Positions 35,778 to 47,919 of a stretch of DNA of 64,000 bases are shown piece by piece; within the stretch, counting starts at the first letter, position 1; each line of letters opens with the position of its first letter. The notes under the pieces were generated by a model. It saw only the letters and a list, made by a program, of their open reading frames with translations. It had not been told where the DNA came from and did no database searches. A program made the position numbers and the translations under genes. The stretch is from Pocillopora damicornis (Eukaryota), in NCBI RefSeq assembly GCF_003704095.1, contig NW_020846655.1, positions 496,001 through 560,000 of the forward strand. The letters run 5' to 3'.

Positions 35778-38074
35778 TGGTAAAGTGCAAACTGGTAAAT
35801 CAAGTTTAACTCAGTGATGTCCTGTACAGACAAATGCTATTTCAATAGATTTTGTAAAGCTAGTGACAAAATGATACGCAACGTGACTGACGGTTCGCGG
35901 GTTGGCGTCGTTCGTTGTTCCGTTTCGTGACAGGATCCTCAGGTTTGGCGAAAATATGCCTCAAAGTCTGAAAAGGTTTTTGAGCAACTTTAACGTTGTG
36001 GCTATTCAAAATTCTCTTGATGGTTTCGGTAACACCTTGAATGTAAGGGATAACAGCAAAACTAGTAACTGGTTCCCTTTCATCAAGAGCGTTACTAGTT
36101 GTAACTGGTTTTTGGCAGTTACGGAGAAAGGTTTTTGTATAGCCATTTGCCTTTAGGACATTAGAAACATATTTCCTCTCCTCAGCCTTCGAATCGAGTG
36201 AAGATGGTAGACAGTCAGCTCTCCAAAGTAAAGTTTTGGCAACAGACTTTTTATGGCAAATAGGGTGGTGAGAATCGAAAGCGAGGTATTTGTCGGTGTG
36301 GGTAGTTTTACGGTAGACACTTGTCTAGTCCTAGGGAGGCATCTTCTCTGAGTCTCTCCTCCGCAACCTTAACGGCAAGATCAACTGGGATTTTAGTGAA
36401 GAGCGAAACAACGTCGAAAGATACTAATTCTTCACAAGCGTTAAGAGTTTTATCTCTTATAAAATCCGCAAATTCGCAGGAATTTTTGACAGTGTAATCA
36501 GCATTCCCAACAACAGGCGACGAAATTCTCGCAAGATAACCAGAAATTGCATAAGTCGGAGAACTAACAAATGGGTCTCAAAGGGATTCCCGGTTTATGA
36601 ATTTTAGGTATGCCATAAAAACGTGGACATAAGCCGTCACTACTGTATAACATTTTGTACGTAGAGTCACTAATTTTACCAGCTTTTTTCAAATCAAGCA
36701 ACATTTTGTTTAAATTTCTTTGAGTTTTACTGGTAGGATCAGAGTTAAAGACAGCATACGTACTCTTGTCATTAAGCAGAGACAAAGCTTTGTCGTGATA
36801 TTGCCGTTTGTCCATAACCACAACACAATTACCCTTGTCAGCAGATAATACGATCCTGTCCGTATCCTTTTTAAGAGTTATAAGCGCATTGAAAACATCC
36901 TTTCGAAGGTTTTTGGGAGGAGGTTTAGCACGCCTGAGTATGCTGCTTACTTTGGCTCTTACCAAATGCCTATGGTCGTCGTTGAGTTGAGAGATACTCT
37001 CCTCAACAGCGGCGACAATTTCGGCAGTCGGTATTTTGCGAGGGGGCAATAGCAAACTTCAGACCCTTCTCTAAACCACTCTGTTCCAGCGCGGATAACT
37101 CCTTGGAGGAAAGGTTCATGACCCATTTATCTTTCAGAGATGAGCCTGAATTAACAGGAGACCTCTCACTGAGCAAATGACGGAATTTTCTGTCGTGTTT
37201 CCCTCTCTGTTTGGTAAACACGAAAGAACAACAAACCGACGCCATTTATTCTATTCCATGCAATGACTGTGACCACTAATACATCGGCCAGACCAAACGT
37301 CAGTTTGGTACACGTTTGAAAGAGCATCAAAAAGCGGTTTTCTTTTGCAAAAAGGAAAATTCTGCTTTATCGGAGCACACATGCCTAGCCAACCATACAA
37401 TTGGGTGGGATAATTCTAAAACTATCACCACTAATCGGCATTACCAACAGTGCCTTTGTTTGGAGGCTTGGCATATTAACTCCGCCCACGCTCCTTTAAT
37501 ACAATTCTGACTAACTTTTATGAACACTGTTGCAGGTTTATTGTCAGATTTATATTCTTAATCACCAACGAAGATTCGCTTTGGTGTATACTCATTTCGT
37601 TAAACTTCTGAAAATTCCTAAAAACAATAGAAGTTCTTGAGGTAAAGGCAGTCGGAGCCGCAATATCGGCATAAATAAACGAATCTTTAATAAGTCAGTT
37701 GATATTAACAATTTGGGGCCGCTTTTTGTAACTTGAGGGAGTAATTTATTTATTTTTACGTTAGCCCTTTAACTGCGCAAACTTATATGAATTTCACTTT
37801 TAAAGTATTCAGGTTTCATTAGTCGGGCTACTTTTGGAGACTTGTAGATTTGTTTATAATGGAATAAGGCCACAAAGAAACGAACCAAGCAAACCAATGC
37901 CGTTGTGTGTTTAGTTATTCCTACTTTTCGAGTGTTCTCCCAATTGCAATCGCGTCGCGAACAGTCACGATGCGTATCATTTTGTCATTAGCTTTACAAA
38001 ATCTATTGAAATAATATTTGTTTGTACAGGACATCACTGAGTTAAACTTGGTTTACCAGTTTGCACCTTTACCA
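35778..38074. repeat. About 112-bp inverted repeat pair (35778-35889 and 37962-38074)
   Basis: Left arm tggtaaagtgcaaactggtaaatcaagtttaactcagtgatgtcctgtacagacaaatg...gatacgcaacgtgactg is the reverse complement of right arm cagtcacgatgcgtatc...tttgtacaggacatcactgagttaaacttggtttaccagtttgcacctttacca, with only a handful of differences. Confidence 0.92.
35900..37510. mobile_element. Penelope-like retroelement remnant: RT/linker on the minus strand (about 35900-37215), GIY-YIG endonuclease on the plus strand (about 37219-37510)
   Basis: Minus strand: LEKGLKFAIAP, ADKGNCVVVMD, FYGIPKIHKPGIPLRP, LVSFDVVSLFTKIP, VYRKTTHTDKYLAFDSHH, IPYIQGVTETIKRIL. Plus strand: AIYSIPCNDCDH*YIGQTKRQFGTRLKEH...SALSEH...LEAWHI. 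Frameshifts, stops and deletions throughout. Confidence 0.88.
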
Positions 38075-38316
38075 GATAACATACATGTGATTTTTCGTCG
38101 ACGTGTGTAATTCAGTTTTAAGCTTTTTCCTTTTCGCTTCGACTAGGAAATAAAATTATTTGATTAATAAACGAATGTCGAGTTAAATAAAAGGCCGAGC
38201 AACCGATAGAAAGTGGGTCTATTTCTTAAGTCCTTGAGTTAGTAAAAAGTTCATAAGTGCAGTTAAAGGTTAGTTCTTGACCAATCAGGGTGCTCGGAGT
38301 ATCTCAGTTATCTCAT

Positions 38317-38691
38317 AACGTGACCTATATCACACTAATTGATTTCCGTAGGAAGTGATCATGTTATTTATAGACATTTCCGTAGCTTTTTATCCCATAC
38401 CGCCTCAGATGGACACCACCTCAGTGTGAAACACGCAACATGATTGGACTATTCTATTGTGGGATAACGTTTGTGTACCGTTAATTGTGTTTGAAGACTT
38501 GTCACTAATACTGATGCAAGCGAAACGTGATCTATATCACACTAGTTGATTTCCGCAGGAAGTGATCATGTTATTTATAGACATTTCCGTAGCTTTTTAT
38601 CCCATACCGCCTCAGATGGACACCGCCTCAGTGTGAAACACGCGACATGATTGGACTATTCTATTGTGGGATAACGTTTGTGTACCGTTAA
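38317..38691 (+). repeat. Near-identical tandem duplication of about 165 bp with a 44-bp spacer
   Basis: aacgtga(c/t)ctatatcacacta...tttgtgtaccgtta occurs at about 38317-38483 and 38524-38690. The spacer 38484-38527 is identical to 39569-39612. Confidence 0.92.
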
Positions 38692-39757
38692 GAGCTATTA
38701 TTACTGAAACACTTACAGTTGATCTCTTATGGTAAACGGTCCTAAGCTTTTCGTCTCACTTGAATCTACTTAAATTAGTTTTTTGAGCACCGCCGGGATT
38801 TGTTTCAATAGAGTCAATTATCATCATTTACATAACTTATGAAGCTCCTTCAAATTAAAAGTTACCACCATGCACACCCGAACCTTATTAAGTAAGTCCG
38901 CACAGACTCCTCGTGTTGCGAAATTACAGGTAAAATTAACATTTTGTATTCGTGTAGTGATCTGTTTTGTTAATCCTTGCTTGTCTATTTCCTTTTGTTG
39001 TTCATTCTCCAAAGGAATATCGGCTTTCTAGGCGCACGAAACATGAATTATCATAACAAAGACGCCCACAGACTTTGAAATGTGTCTGCTCAAACATGTG
39101 TCAAAAATTGATCCGTCCAAATATTATTTATCGTACCCTTTTTCTTCTCTTTTTTCTTGGTGACAACACGAAGAATAAGACACATTTTTGTTTGAAATAT
39201 TTGCACTTACATTGAACTCATGCGTCTTCTGGCACGATGAAAGATTTTGTCACGGGATAAACAGCAATTCTATGTAGGAGACTCTGAACTGCTGTTAATA
39301 TCTTTTTAATTACGGTATCTCACACCAACAATTGACTGACTTAGTGGACCGAAGAGAGCGATGTCAGCTTCCACAATCGAAATGCATTGATTACTTGTGA
39401 CGGGGTCATAATTTTCGTTACTTGAAAAAATGTTATTTCACAAATTTAATTTTTTCGGTGAGGTAACGTAAACCAGTGAAGGTAGCACTTAGTCGAGTGC
39501 CCTGGGGCTACTTCAATGGATCATGACGGAATGTTGTTTACATTTGAAGGGACATAAACAAGGTGCGTATTGTGTTTGAAGACTTGTCACTAATACTGAT
39601 GCAAGCGAAACGAAGGTTTGCGTGTTCTACTAAAATATTGTCGTGATGCGCGCTGATGACTTTTGAGATAGAAAGATACATAGAGGAGGATTAAAGCACA
39701 CGAACAGGAAAAAAAGGATTCACTTTCGAAGCTATAAGGAGAACAAGTCGGCGTCAA

Positions 39758-40450
39758 ATGAGCGACGGCCCGAAAGAAGGCGTGAAGGAGGTGTGTATAC
39801 TCGAGGCATGTACAAACTTTGACATGGAGTCAAATATATCCACATCAAAGATTGCTCAGGATTTTGAAGGAATAACTCTTGCAAAGAACACTGCTATGCG
39901 TAGAAGAAGGCATTCATTGTTCGAGACAAAAGAGTTGCCCAAGATACGAGAGGGAGACCATGGTGTCGCCGTCATGACACATGCTGATTATCCTTTGCGG
40001 AGTCGCTCGAAATCCCTTCCGTTCGAACCTGAAAAGCGAAAGATTCCAATTGGATTCGAGCAAGAAAATGTCAGAAAGCTTCTCCAAGAGGTTTTGGAGA
40101 GTAAACTTAAAGGAAGAAGTTACGTAGCGAGCGAATGCGCAGCGTTAACACGAGAACTAGTAGACATTATGCGCGACAAAGTTGCAGCACTCGATTTGAA
40201 CAAATACAAATTTATTTGTACTTGCTGTATTACGCAAAAACTCAAACCGCCTCTTGCCATGCAAAGTGGCTGCGCCTGGGATGAAAGCACGATAGGGATT
40301 GATAAAGACGGTTTCGCTGAATTTGTTTACAAGAACGACGATCTCATCGCAGTTGCTACGGTTTATGGAGTTCACGCTCAGAAGAGGACGCAAAGACAGA
40401 GGTGCATAAAGAGTATCAAGGGATCCATTTACTCGCCCATCCCAGAGTGA
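39758..40450 (+). CDS. Divergent Tctex1-domain protein, paralog 4 (sister of 28879)
   Basis: 230 aa. Motifs FEQENVRKLLQEVLESKLKGRSY...EC..LT.EL...MRDKV, YKFICTCCI, SGCAWDE, DGFAEFVYKNDDLIAVATVYGV. Confidence 0.87.
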   Translation: MSDGPKEGVKEVCILEACTNFDMESNISTSKIAQDFEGITLAKNTAMRRRRHSLFETKELPKIREGDHGVAVMTHADYPLRSRSKSLPFEPEKRKIPIGFEQENVRKLLQEVLESKLKGRSYVASECAALTRELVDIMRDKVAALDLNKYKFICTCCITQKLKPPLAMQSGCAWDESTIGIDKDGFAEFVYKNDDLIAVATVYGVHAQKRTQRQRCIKSIKGSIYSPIPE

Positions 40451-41687
40451 ACCTTCCAAGGAAAATTTTGCTTGCAGGGAACAGGTGATATCAATTCCCA
40501 TAAAGGACATTAAAAATATGAGACTGGCGAATGTAATAAACAACTGTTTCCTCGACAGTGCTGGTCTAACGATACTGATGTAAAATGTTTTTGTAACTGA
40601 AGTAGTTAAAATAACAAACTAGTTGACAAAAGTGACAAACGTTACGTCTTGAATTTTCGATTTGTTTTGGACAATCAATATCGTAAACGATGCGGATAAT
40701 GGTCGAATAATAGAGTTCTTGCTATGATATGTATTAAATCATGTCGTAGTTTTCGCAAGACTGATCCAAAAAAGGAACAAAAAACACCTACATTTCTAAC
40801 ATTTGATGCAAAAATTGTCTGTTACAAAAAACGGTCGAAAAAAGTATATTTTGAATACATAATCAGAAAATAATGGATTTGAAGCTTCCGAACTTTGTTA
40901 GCTGACGAGTTGATGTAATAATAGATGATTGACGGCTCTCAAGGCTACGAACTAATTATGCCGTGATAACAACTCTTACGTCGGGGCATGTGATAAGTCT
41001 TACGTCGAGGCATGTCACGAAATACGTGTCAAGCTCGATTAGTCCGCTGTCTTTAAATAGCATCACCATGTCTCCTACAAAAGGATTTAAATACCTCTTA
41101 GCTCCATAGATCCATATATTTTTGCCACTTTTGGTATTTTTCCTCAACTGTCACCAGTTTACAGCTTTTTGACTTCAAGTACCAATCGTTTATTGACCGG
41201 CTGGCCTAATAAGGAAGACACTTATAATTATCCTGTGAGCCGACTACTTGCTTATGTCAGTAAGTAAAGCGTGAAATACGTTTCTGCATTGATGTGATGA
41301 TATTTTGCAACAGCTGGCTCACCAAAGTAGACATTCTTAAAGGCAAAGCCAATGCTGTTTAAGGTGGCTTTTACGTTTACTAATAGCTGGTTACCGACTT
41401 ATTTACAAGTATTTCGCTTAGCTGAATAATCGGTTAGTCAGCAATAGCAATGTTTCCTCATAATATACGTTACACCTTTGACTACAAGATTCAGATTGAC
41501 ATGGTTTACTAAGAGATTAGTACACATAAAAACGATTAAGAAAAAATTTATTTTCAGTTATCAGATGTTTGTTTATAAGGATTTGATATTTTTGTATCAG
41601 TTGATCTCAACTTCAGGGGGTTGAAATTAATACACGTAACTGTAACCTTGGTGTCACTCAGGTGGATGTTCAAAATTTTCCCATTAA

Positions 41688-41891
41688 CCTTTTAACTCCC
41701 AGAAGTGATTAACATAAAACTTCTCCCTACAATATCCATACATTCTTCAGCAAACAGGTAATGAGAATATTCAAACTTATCAGGTAGAAGCTGCTATCGT
41801 GATCTAGCACCAAGTTCCCATAACTAATTTACAAGGAAATGTTTAGCAGCTACAGGGGAGAATTAACAATCAGATCTTTGGAGTTAAAGGG
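41688..41891. mobile_element. piggyBac-type MITE (204 bp) with TTAA target-site duplication
   Basis: TTAA(41684-87)-ccttttaactcc ... ggagttaaaggg-TTAA(41892-95): terminal inverted repeats with TTAA on both sides. Confidence 0.8.
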
Positions 41892-42859
41892 TTAATTGAA
41901 AGAAACAATCAGATTTACATGCATATGGTGGGTGGAAAGTTGAGATCATAAATTGTATTAACTAGAGTGCATCTCGAATGATTGTCATAAAACCCAAATT
42001 AAAGTAGTCGCAACAGCCAATCAGAACCAGGGAAAATATCGCAAGGAGCCAGTGAGAACGCAAAGTAATAAGAGACAAACTTTATAAAACGCGGGAAAAC
42101 GCAACAGACAAAGGCGTGATGGCTTTCAGCTCTGAATCTAAAAACGTGGACAGAGTGGTACCAAACACCAGCTACAGTTGATCATGATTATTTTGGTTGC
42201 AATGAAGAGACTTACAGGTCCGCACTACTTATTATAGGTTGAACCTCGTTCGTTTATTTATTTGTCGCGTGTTACAATTTTTTTTACGATTTACGGGGAC
42301 GCCATGTTGTGTCATTTTGGTGCTCATCCTAGGGGCACCAACATGACGGCCATGTTGTTTTGTTTCGCCATTAAAGTGATTAGCTATCAACTGTGAACTT
42401 GTGAACATTCATCTCAACACATTTCTTTATATTTCTGATGCTCAGGGAGCTTTTCGGGCCTATTTCAATCTCAAGCGACAAAGAATTACGAAATTAGAAA
42501 TGGTTCTATTTTCAAGATGTAGAAACCCACGTTACTGAAACCTTTCCACAAAGCTAATGTTTAGGAAATCTTTCGTCCTGTAACAGCGATTTCGTGAAAC
42601 TTTTGACAATAAAAACGAACGGCGAAACACAACGTTTTAACCAAACCTCGGTCATTTTCAAGTGAATAGTAAGAATGTCACGATGAATATATATATGTGC
42701 GTGTAAGAAGTATAAAAATTTTTTGGAAGAGTAATTGGACAATAAGAACATGCAAAGAGAAGAAATTATTAGAAACTAATCAAAAACCAAATTCCAAACT
42801 GAATATAAATAAAAATTAACCGAACTTCGCAAGAGGCACTATCACGAAGTTCTAAATAT

Positions 42860-44700
42860 CCAGAGAGGAGGACGTTGATGAACACATCATTAACATCTCC
42901 TTGTACAAGCTTTCCTTTTTCCAAAAGCTTGTGCTTTGTCGTGGTTTAAAATTTTCCATCCCTAAACACGTGTCCTCGATTGACATAAAGGCCAACTTTG
43001 AGAAAGCTTAATGGAAACTCGAACCACATTTACCGGAAGAATTTCGTGACCTTGCAGCGCCTGCAAGATAGACCAAAGTGTAGAGGTAGACCACCAAAAT
43101 ACTAACATCCCTTGCTAAAAAAGGAGAAGGAACTAGAATCACTTTTTCGCCGAATGCTCCCCTCTGCAATTGCAAACTCTGTCCGTCCGTCAGGTTCCAG
43201 GCTGGCCCATCTTTATGGTTTGCCTAAAACGCACAAGAAAGACTAGCTATTCGACCTATCTTGTCAGCTACTCAGACTTAAAATAATGCCCTCGCCAAAT
43301 GGCTCTCGCTCTAAACCAATATACGATAAACGACACCTTTGGGTTTGTGAATGAGGTCCACGAATTGACGATTGACAACGGATGTACCCTTGGAGGAGAC
43401 CATACAACCAATCGCTGATAAGGATTTCACTGATAATTGGTTTAATGAAACACACCACCTTAACCTCAATAAGCTGGACCTTGTCGATCTTAGAGCGGCG
43501 ACAAAAGACCAACTTTTCTTTTTTAACCGCCATTCATATGAACAAACAGACAGAATTGCTATGGGCTCCTGCCTTGGTCCTCTATTAGCCAACTTCTTTA
43601 TGTGCAGCATTGAGGATACTTTGAAGCATGAGGGCAAGATGCCCACATACTACAAGAGATATGTGAGATATGTTCATGACACACTGACTATCATGCCAGT
43701 CATAACATCAGCAGTCAATTTCCTCGAGATTTTAAACCAGTGCCATTCCTCTATTAAGTTTACCATGGAGATAGAGAGTAAAAGTATGCTGCCTTTTTTG
43801 GGCACCCAGCTGCTCAACAAACACACACATGTTGAGACTAAGATGCACGTTAAACCCACAAATACTGGCCTTCTGCTGCATTACAAGAGCCATGTAGACG
43901 ACCGATATAAACGCGGGTTACCAAAACCTATGCTTGATCGAGCATTGCGGCTTTCATCCAATTGCTGTTGCTTCTCTGAAGAATGTGATCCACTGAAATT
44001 ATTGTTTTCTCGACTAAAATATCCTGACAAACTTGTCAACTCTACTTTTTCACGTTTTATTGCCGCCAAAGCATCGGATCAACCTGTTTCTTCGGCGACT
44101 GTCAGCGATCGAACAGACCCCATTCGCGTTGTCCTACAGTTTCAAGATCAGGCCTCAGCCGATATTGTACGTGTCCAACCTAAAGATTTGAGTCAGAAGA
44201 TCCACACGACCGTCCAGCCTGCATTAGTCAGCCAGAAGATTGAATAAGATTTTAGATTACAAGAAGCGAACTGAGCCACCGGTTTTGAACCAACAGTGCC
44301 TTGTTTACAAATTTAAATGTGACCTGTGCGATGCAGGTTATGTCGGTTTTAGACGCGGCCATCTGCACCAACGTGTTCAAGAACACCGAAACTCGACTTC
44401 ATCGATTGGCGAGCATTTTAGTGACAAGCATTCTTTGGCCCCGAGGGATCTTACGATGAATTTTAGTGTTTTAAAGAAGTGTACGAACAAATTTGACTGC
44501 CTACTTTTTGAAACTCTATTCGTGCAAAGATTTTTAATTAGCTATTTAATCTTTTTTTAATTTGGTTTTTAATTAGCTTCTAATTATTTCTTCTCTTTGC
44601 ATGTTCCTTCTGTCCGTTATACTTCTCACACGCATATACACACTCAAAAATTCTCACTATTCACTCGAAAATGAATGAAGTTTGGTCGAAACGCTGTGTT
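42860..44700 (+). mobile_element. Penelope-like retroelement pseudogene (RT plus GIY-YIG)
   Basis: Motifs LCRGLKFSIP, HLYGLPKTHK..LAIRPILS, YEQTDRIAMGSCLGPLLANFFM, RYVHDT (decayed YVDD), IKFTMEIE..MLPFLG and VYKFKCDLCDAGYVG...HLHQRVQEH. Frameshifts and stops present; degenerate hammerhead-like tail (...ggtcgaaacg) near 44665-44695. Confidence 0.9.
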
Positions 44701-47343
44701 TTGCAGTTCGTTTTTATCGTCAAAACTGTAATAGTCCTTCTTATTTTGGATTTTTAAGATGTCACGTGAAAACCAAGGATAGCTAAACACCATTCATTGC
44801 TTTAAAATGGCTCACTGGATCGTGGCTAAAAGAAGCAATAATATTTACATTTATGACATTACAAAAAGGAAGAGTGATTTCCATGCTTAATCAAGATACA
44901 GGGCTCCTCTGAATACCACTTTACAATATGGGCTACTTGTGTATTGCTACCAAAAGACAAATAATACAAAAAGCTTTTCATTTTCGTTAAAAGCACGAAT
45001 TGTTATCATTTAGAGAACGTGCTATCTGGTTTATATTGTTTTTTCTTTAAAATGATTTCACCGGGACTCTAAGATGACAAGAGACCAAGTTAATATTTGT
45101 TTTCCTCGTTTGCAAACGGCTTTCATTTTCATTTAATTTACAAACTTGAATGACTCCTCGGTAACAAAAATTGAAACTGAAATCAAACTAATTGTTCTCT
45201 GGCTTAAAGCCGGTTCTTACATAAGACCTAGAAGAGAAAAATTCACTGTTCAATATTTAATTCGATATTTCTTGAATTTATAACAAAGCTTGACTTTTGG
45301 ATGAAACTAGAAAAAAAAAGCTTGGACACTCAGTTAGGGGAAAGTTGTTGGATCTATACATGAAGGTATTTCATGCCTTTACTTCAAGGCGAGGGTTGGA
45401 GCGATAACCATGATATGATAATAATATTTTTATTAACCATTTTAACTAAAAGTTTTTGCTCTTGGTCTCGTTTTGAGTTTGAAGGTATTTACAACTCGCG
45501 AATGGCCTGTTCCTTAGGTTCAATAAGGAACAAGACCCCGAGCGCTAATTATTCTTCTATATTACGAGGAGAGATGTTTTGATATTAACCGTTAACTCTT
45601 AAAGACGCTTGTTTATTGAATTGATTTTAATATATAATGGTAGGTAATTAAAAACATATCAATTACTGGACGACAGTTTGCTATATAGGAAGATTTATCT
45701 AAGAATTAAAATTGACATCAAGAGTTCAACAAACTCAGGCAAAAGCAAATACTTATCTTCGAAGAATCCACTCAGTAAGCATATAATTAAGCGTTAGAAA
45801 ATGGTCCCCTAGAAGAAATTTCATACAAATATTTGACCTATTAGAATTTCTATCAATGATAAAGACGAATCAAGTCCGCCAAATGTTGGTATATATTGTA
45901 TAAAAAGGTGCCATATAAATCTTTTAAGGATTAAAAATGGCCTTCAGCAGCTTACTTAAGGGCTTAAGAGACAATTTTTCCAATACCGTTTTCCTGCCCG
46001 CTGAGTGACATATCGTGGCCAAGAAAAATGACAGTCCACTCTTATTTTCACCTCGATCGTAAGCGAAAAATTTTAAGAATTGGAAAAAGAAGTTAGTCTT
46101 CACATTTAAGAAGCCTGATCTATCTAATACGTGATTTCTTGTTAAGTTTGTGCTTTGAATTTTTTTTTTTAATTGTCAAGAGCAACATCCCTATATAACT
46201 AAAAAACAAGTATATAACAAATACGGATTGTTTCCGTGCGCAGTTTAACACAGCTGCAGTTTGGGACAGTTTGAGATGAACTTGAAATTCACTCGAAATT
46301 TTTCGTCTCAGTCTTGCTTTTGTTTCCTGTACAGAAATTAAGGTTGAGGTTCTTCTGCAAATCACTAACATAATACTTAACTGAAACAAATTCAAACCAT
46401 TTTATTGCTTTATATCTATGCCACATAGTTCTGAAATAATTAAATGTTTACACAACGTCACATGCCTCACATTGTCACACAATGCTAAACTTCTGTTGGC
46501 TTATCGTTTCCATGGAGATCGCACGTTTAAGCCGTAAACTACGACGCACGAACTATCTCTCAATTGAGTCCCCACCAATAATTTTGTAAACAATATCTTG
46601 AAGATTAGTAATAACCAAACCTGAACATCATATCACACAGATGCCGTTGAGAATACGACAGACATGATCACCTACAAATGATACCAAGCATCTTCCTAAC
46701 TCTCTCTATAATCTTAAATTAAATATCATGAAAATTAATGGTTTACTATTTTAATTGGCAGACCCCTCCGTTGGTCTTTTCTAATTTTCTTATTTTGAGA
46801 CCAAGCTTTCTTGAAGACATTGTAAGTGAAAATTCTAAGTCACGCCATGAATGAAGAACATTATTACATAACTCGGAGTTGGAACGTGTCAACAATCACA
46901 CATTTCTTTCAAAAATACCCTAACGGAGGATATCGAAACGTCTTCGGTGATTCTCGAACATGCAGTCTAAATTAACCAAAATTTTTCTCAACAACTTCCG
47001 AAGAACCTCATCCTCATTATCAAAGTGATTGTGTTATTGAATATCACCGGGTAAACGTGATCCGATCTTTCCCTAAGTGATCGGAAACCCTGTTGAACCG
47101 TTGCAAACCGGTTGATACTTGAAAATTTGAGATGGCTAAAAGAGACGCTCCAATTAGATTTTAAACATTGTATCAGCTAAGGTTTGTATACTAAATTACT
47201 TTTTGTTATAAATAAAAGCTTAAATAAAAAACCCCAAACAACATATCTCCAAACAACAAAGGAAACTTAATCATCACAACAGAAGCACTCACGCACTACT
47301 TAAATCAATTTTTTTTTAGTATCACGCATGCGATAAAAACTGT

Positions 47344-47919
47344 TTATTCTCGATAAATTCCAAACACTGCTGCTGTAGCAAAGAGATCATTGCCACAAAA
47401 CGATGATGAGGCCACGCGATCTGTTTCAACATCCCAGAGGCACCGGCTTGCCACACGTACTCCTTGGTTATTCAACTGTCCTATGGTCACGACACAAACA
47501 AGTTTAAATCTCTCAAAACCAAGTACCTTCACTTTATCCTTGATTTCGTCTGCGATGCAGGGAAGCAGGCTCTTACATTTTTCAGGATCATATGGAAGCT
47601 CCTTAAGGTGGCTTTCCAGGACTCTGTCTATGGCATCCTTGACGTCGTTACAGCGAAATCGTTTGTCCGCATCAGGACGTAACTTGTATGTATTGGCAAT
47701 CTTCGCTGCCAGTTGATGCGGAAGCTCGGTTTGGCCGGCTTGATGTGATCTGGAATACAGACTCATGGATTTTCGTCTGGTTGCTGCGTTGGCCTTGGAG
47801 GTGGCTGACAGCGTACGAATCTGTCTGGCGACGGGCTCTTGTATGTTCAGTGTTGCCGGTTTGTTCTGAACATCCGCCGCCACAGAGCTTCGTCGACTGG
47901 ACACTTCACTAACAGGCAT
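47344..47919 (-). CDS. Tctex1-domain dynein light chain (TCTEX1D1/DYNLT5-like), paralog 5
   Basis: Motifs NTYKLRPDADKRFR, YDPEKC..L...IADEIKDKVKVLGFERFKLVCVVTIGQLNNQGVRVASRCLWD.ETD and FATAAVFGIYRE. First ATG at 47919; candidate splice acceptor ttcattgttcag ending at 47961 upstream. Confidence 0.92.
   Translation of the reverse strand: MPVSEVSSRRSSVAADVQNKPATLNIQEPVARQIRTLSATSKANAATRRKSMSLYSRSHQAGQTELPHQLAAKIANTYKLRPDADKRFRCNDVKDAIDRVLESHLKELPYDPEKCKSLLPCIADEIKDKVKVLGFERFKLVCVVTIGQLNNQGVRVASRCLWDVETDRVASSSFCGNDLFATAAVFGIYRE

Noticed and set aside
43372-44247. 291-aa RT-like ORF as a functional or domesticated reverse transcriptase
   Set aside because: The catalytic YVDD is decayed to YVHD with a local duplication, and frameshifts and stops flank the ORF, so it is a dead Penelope copy.
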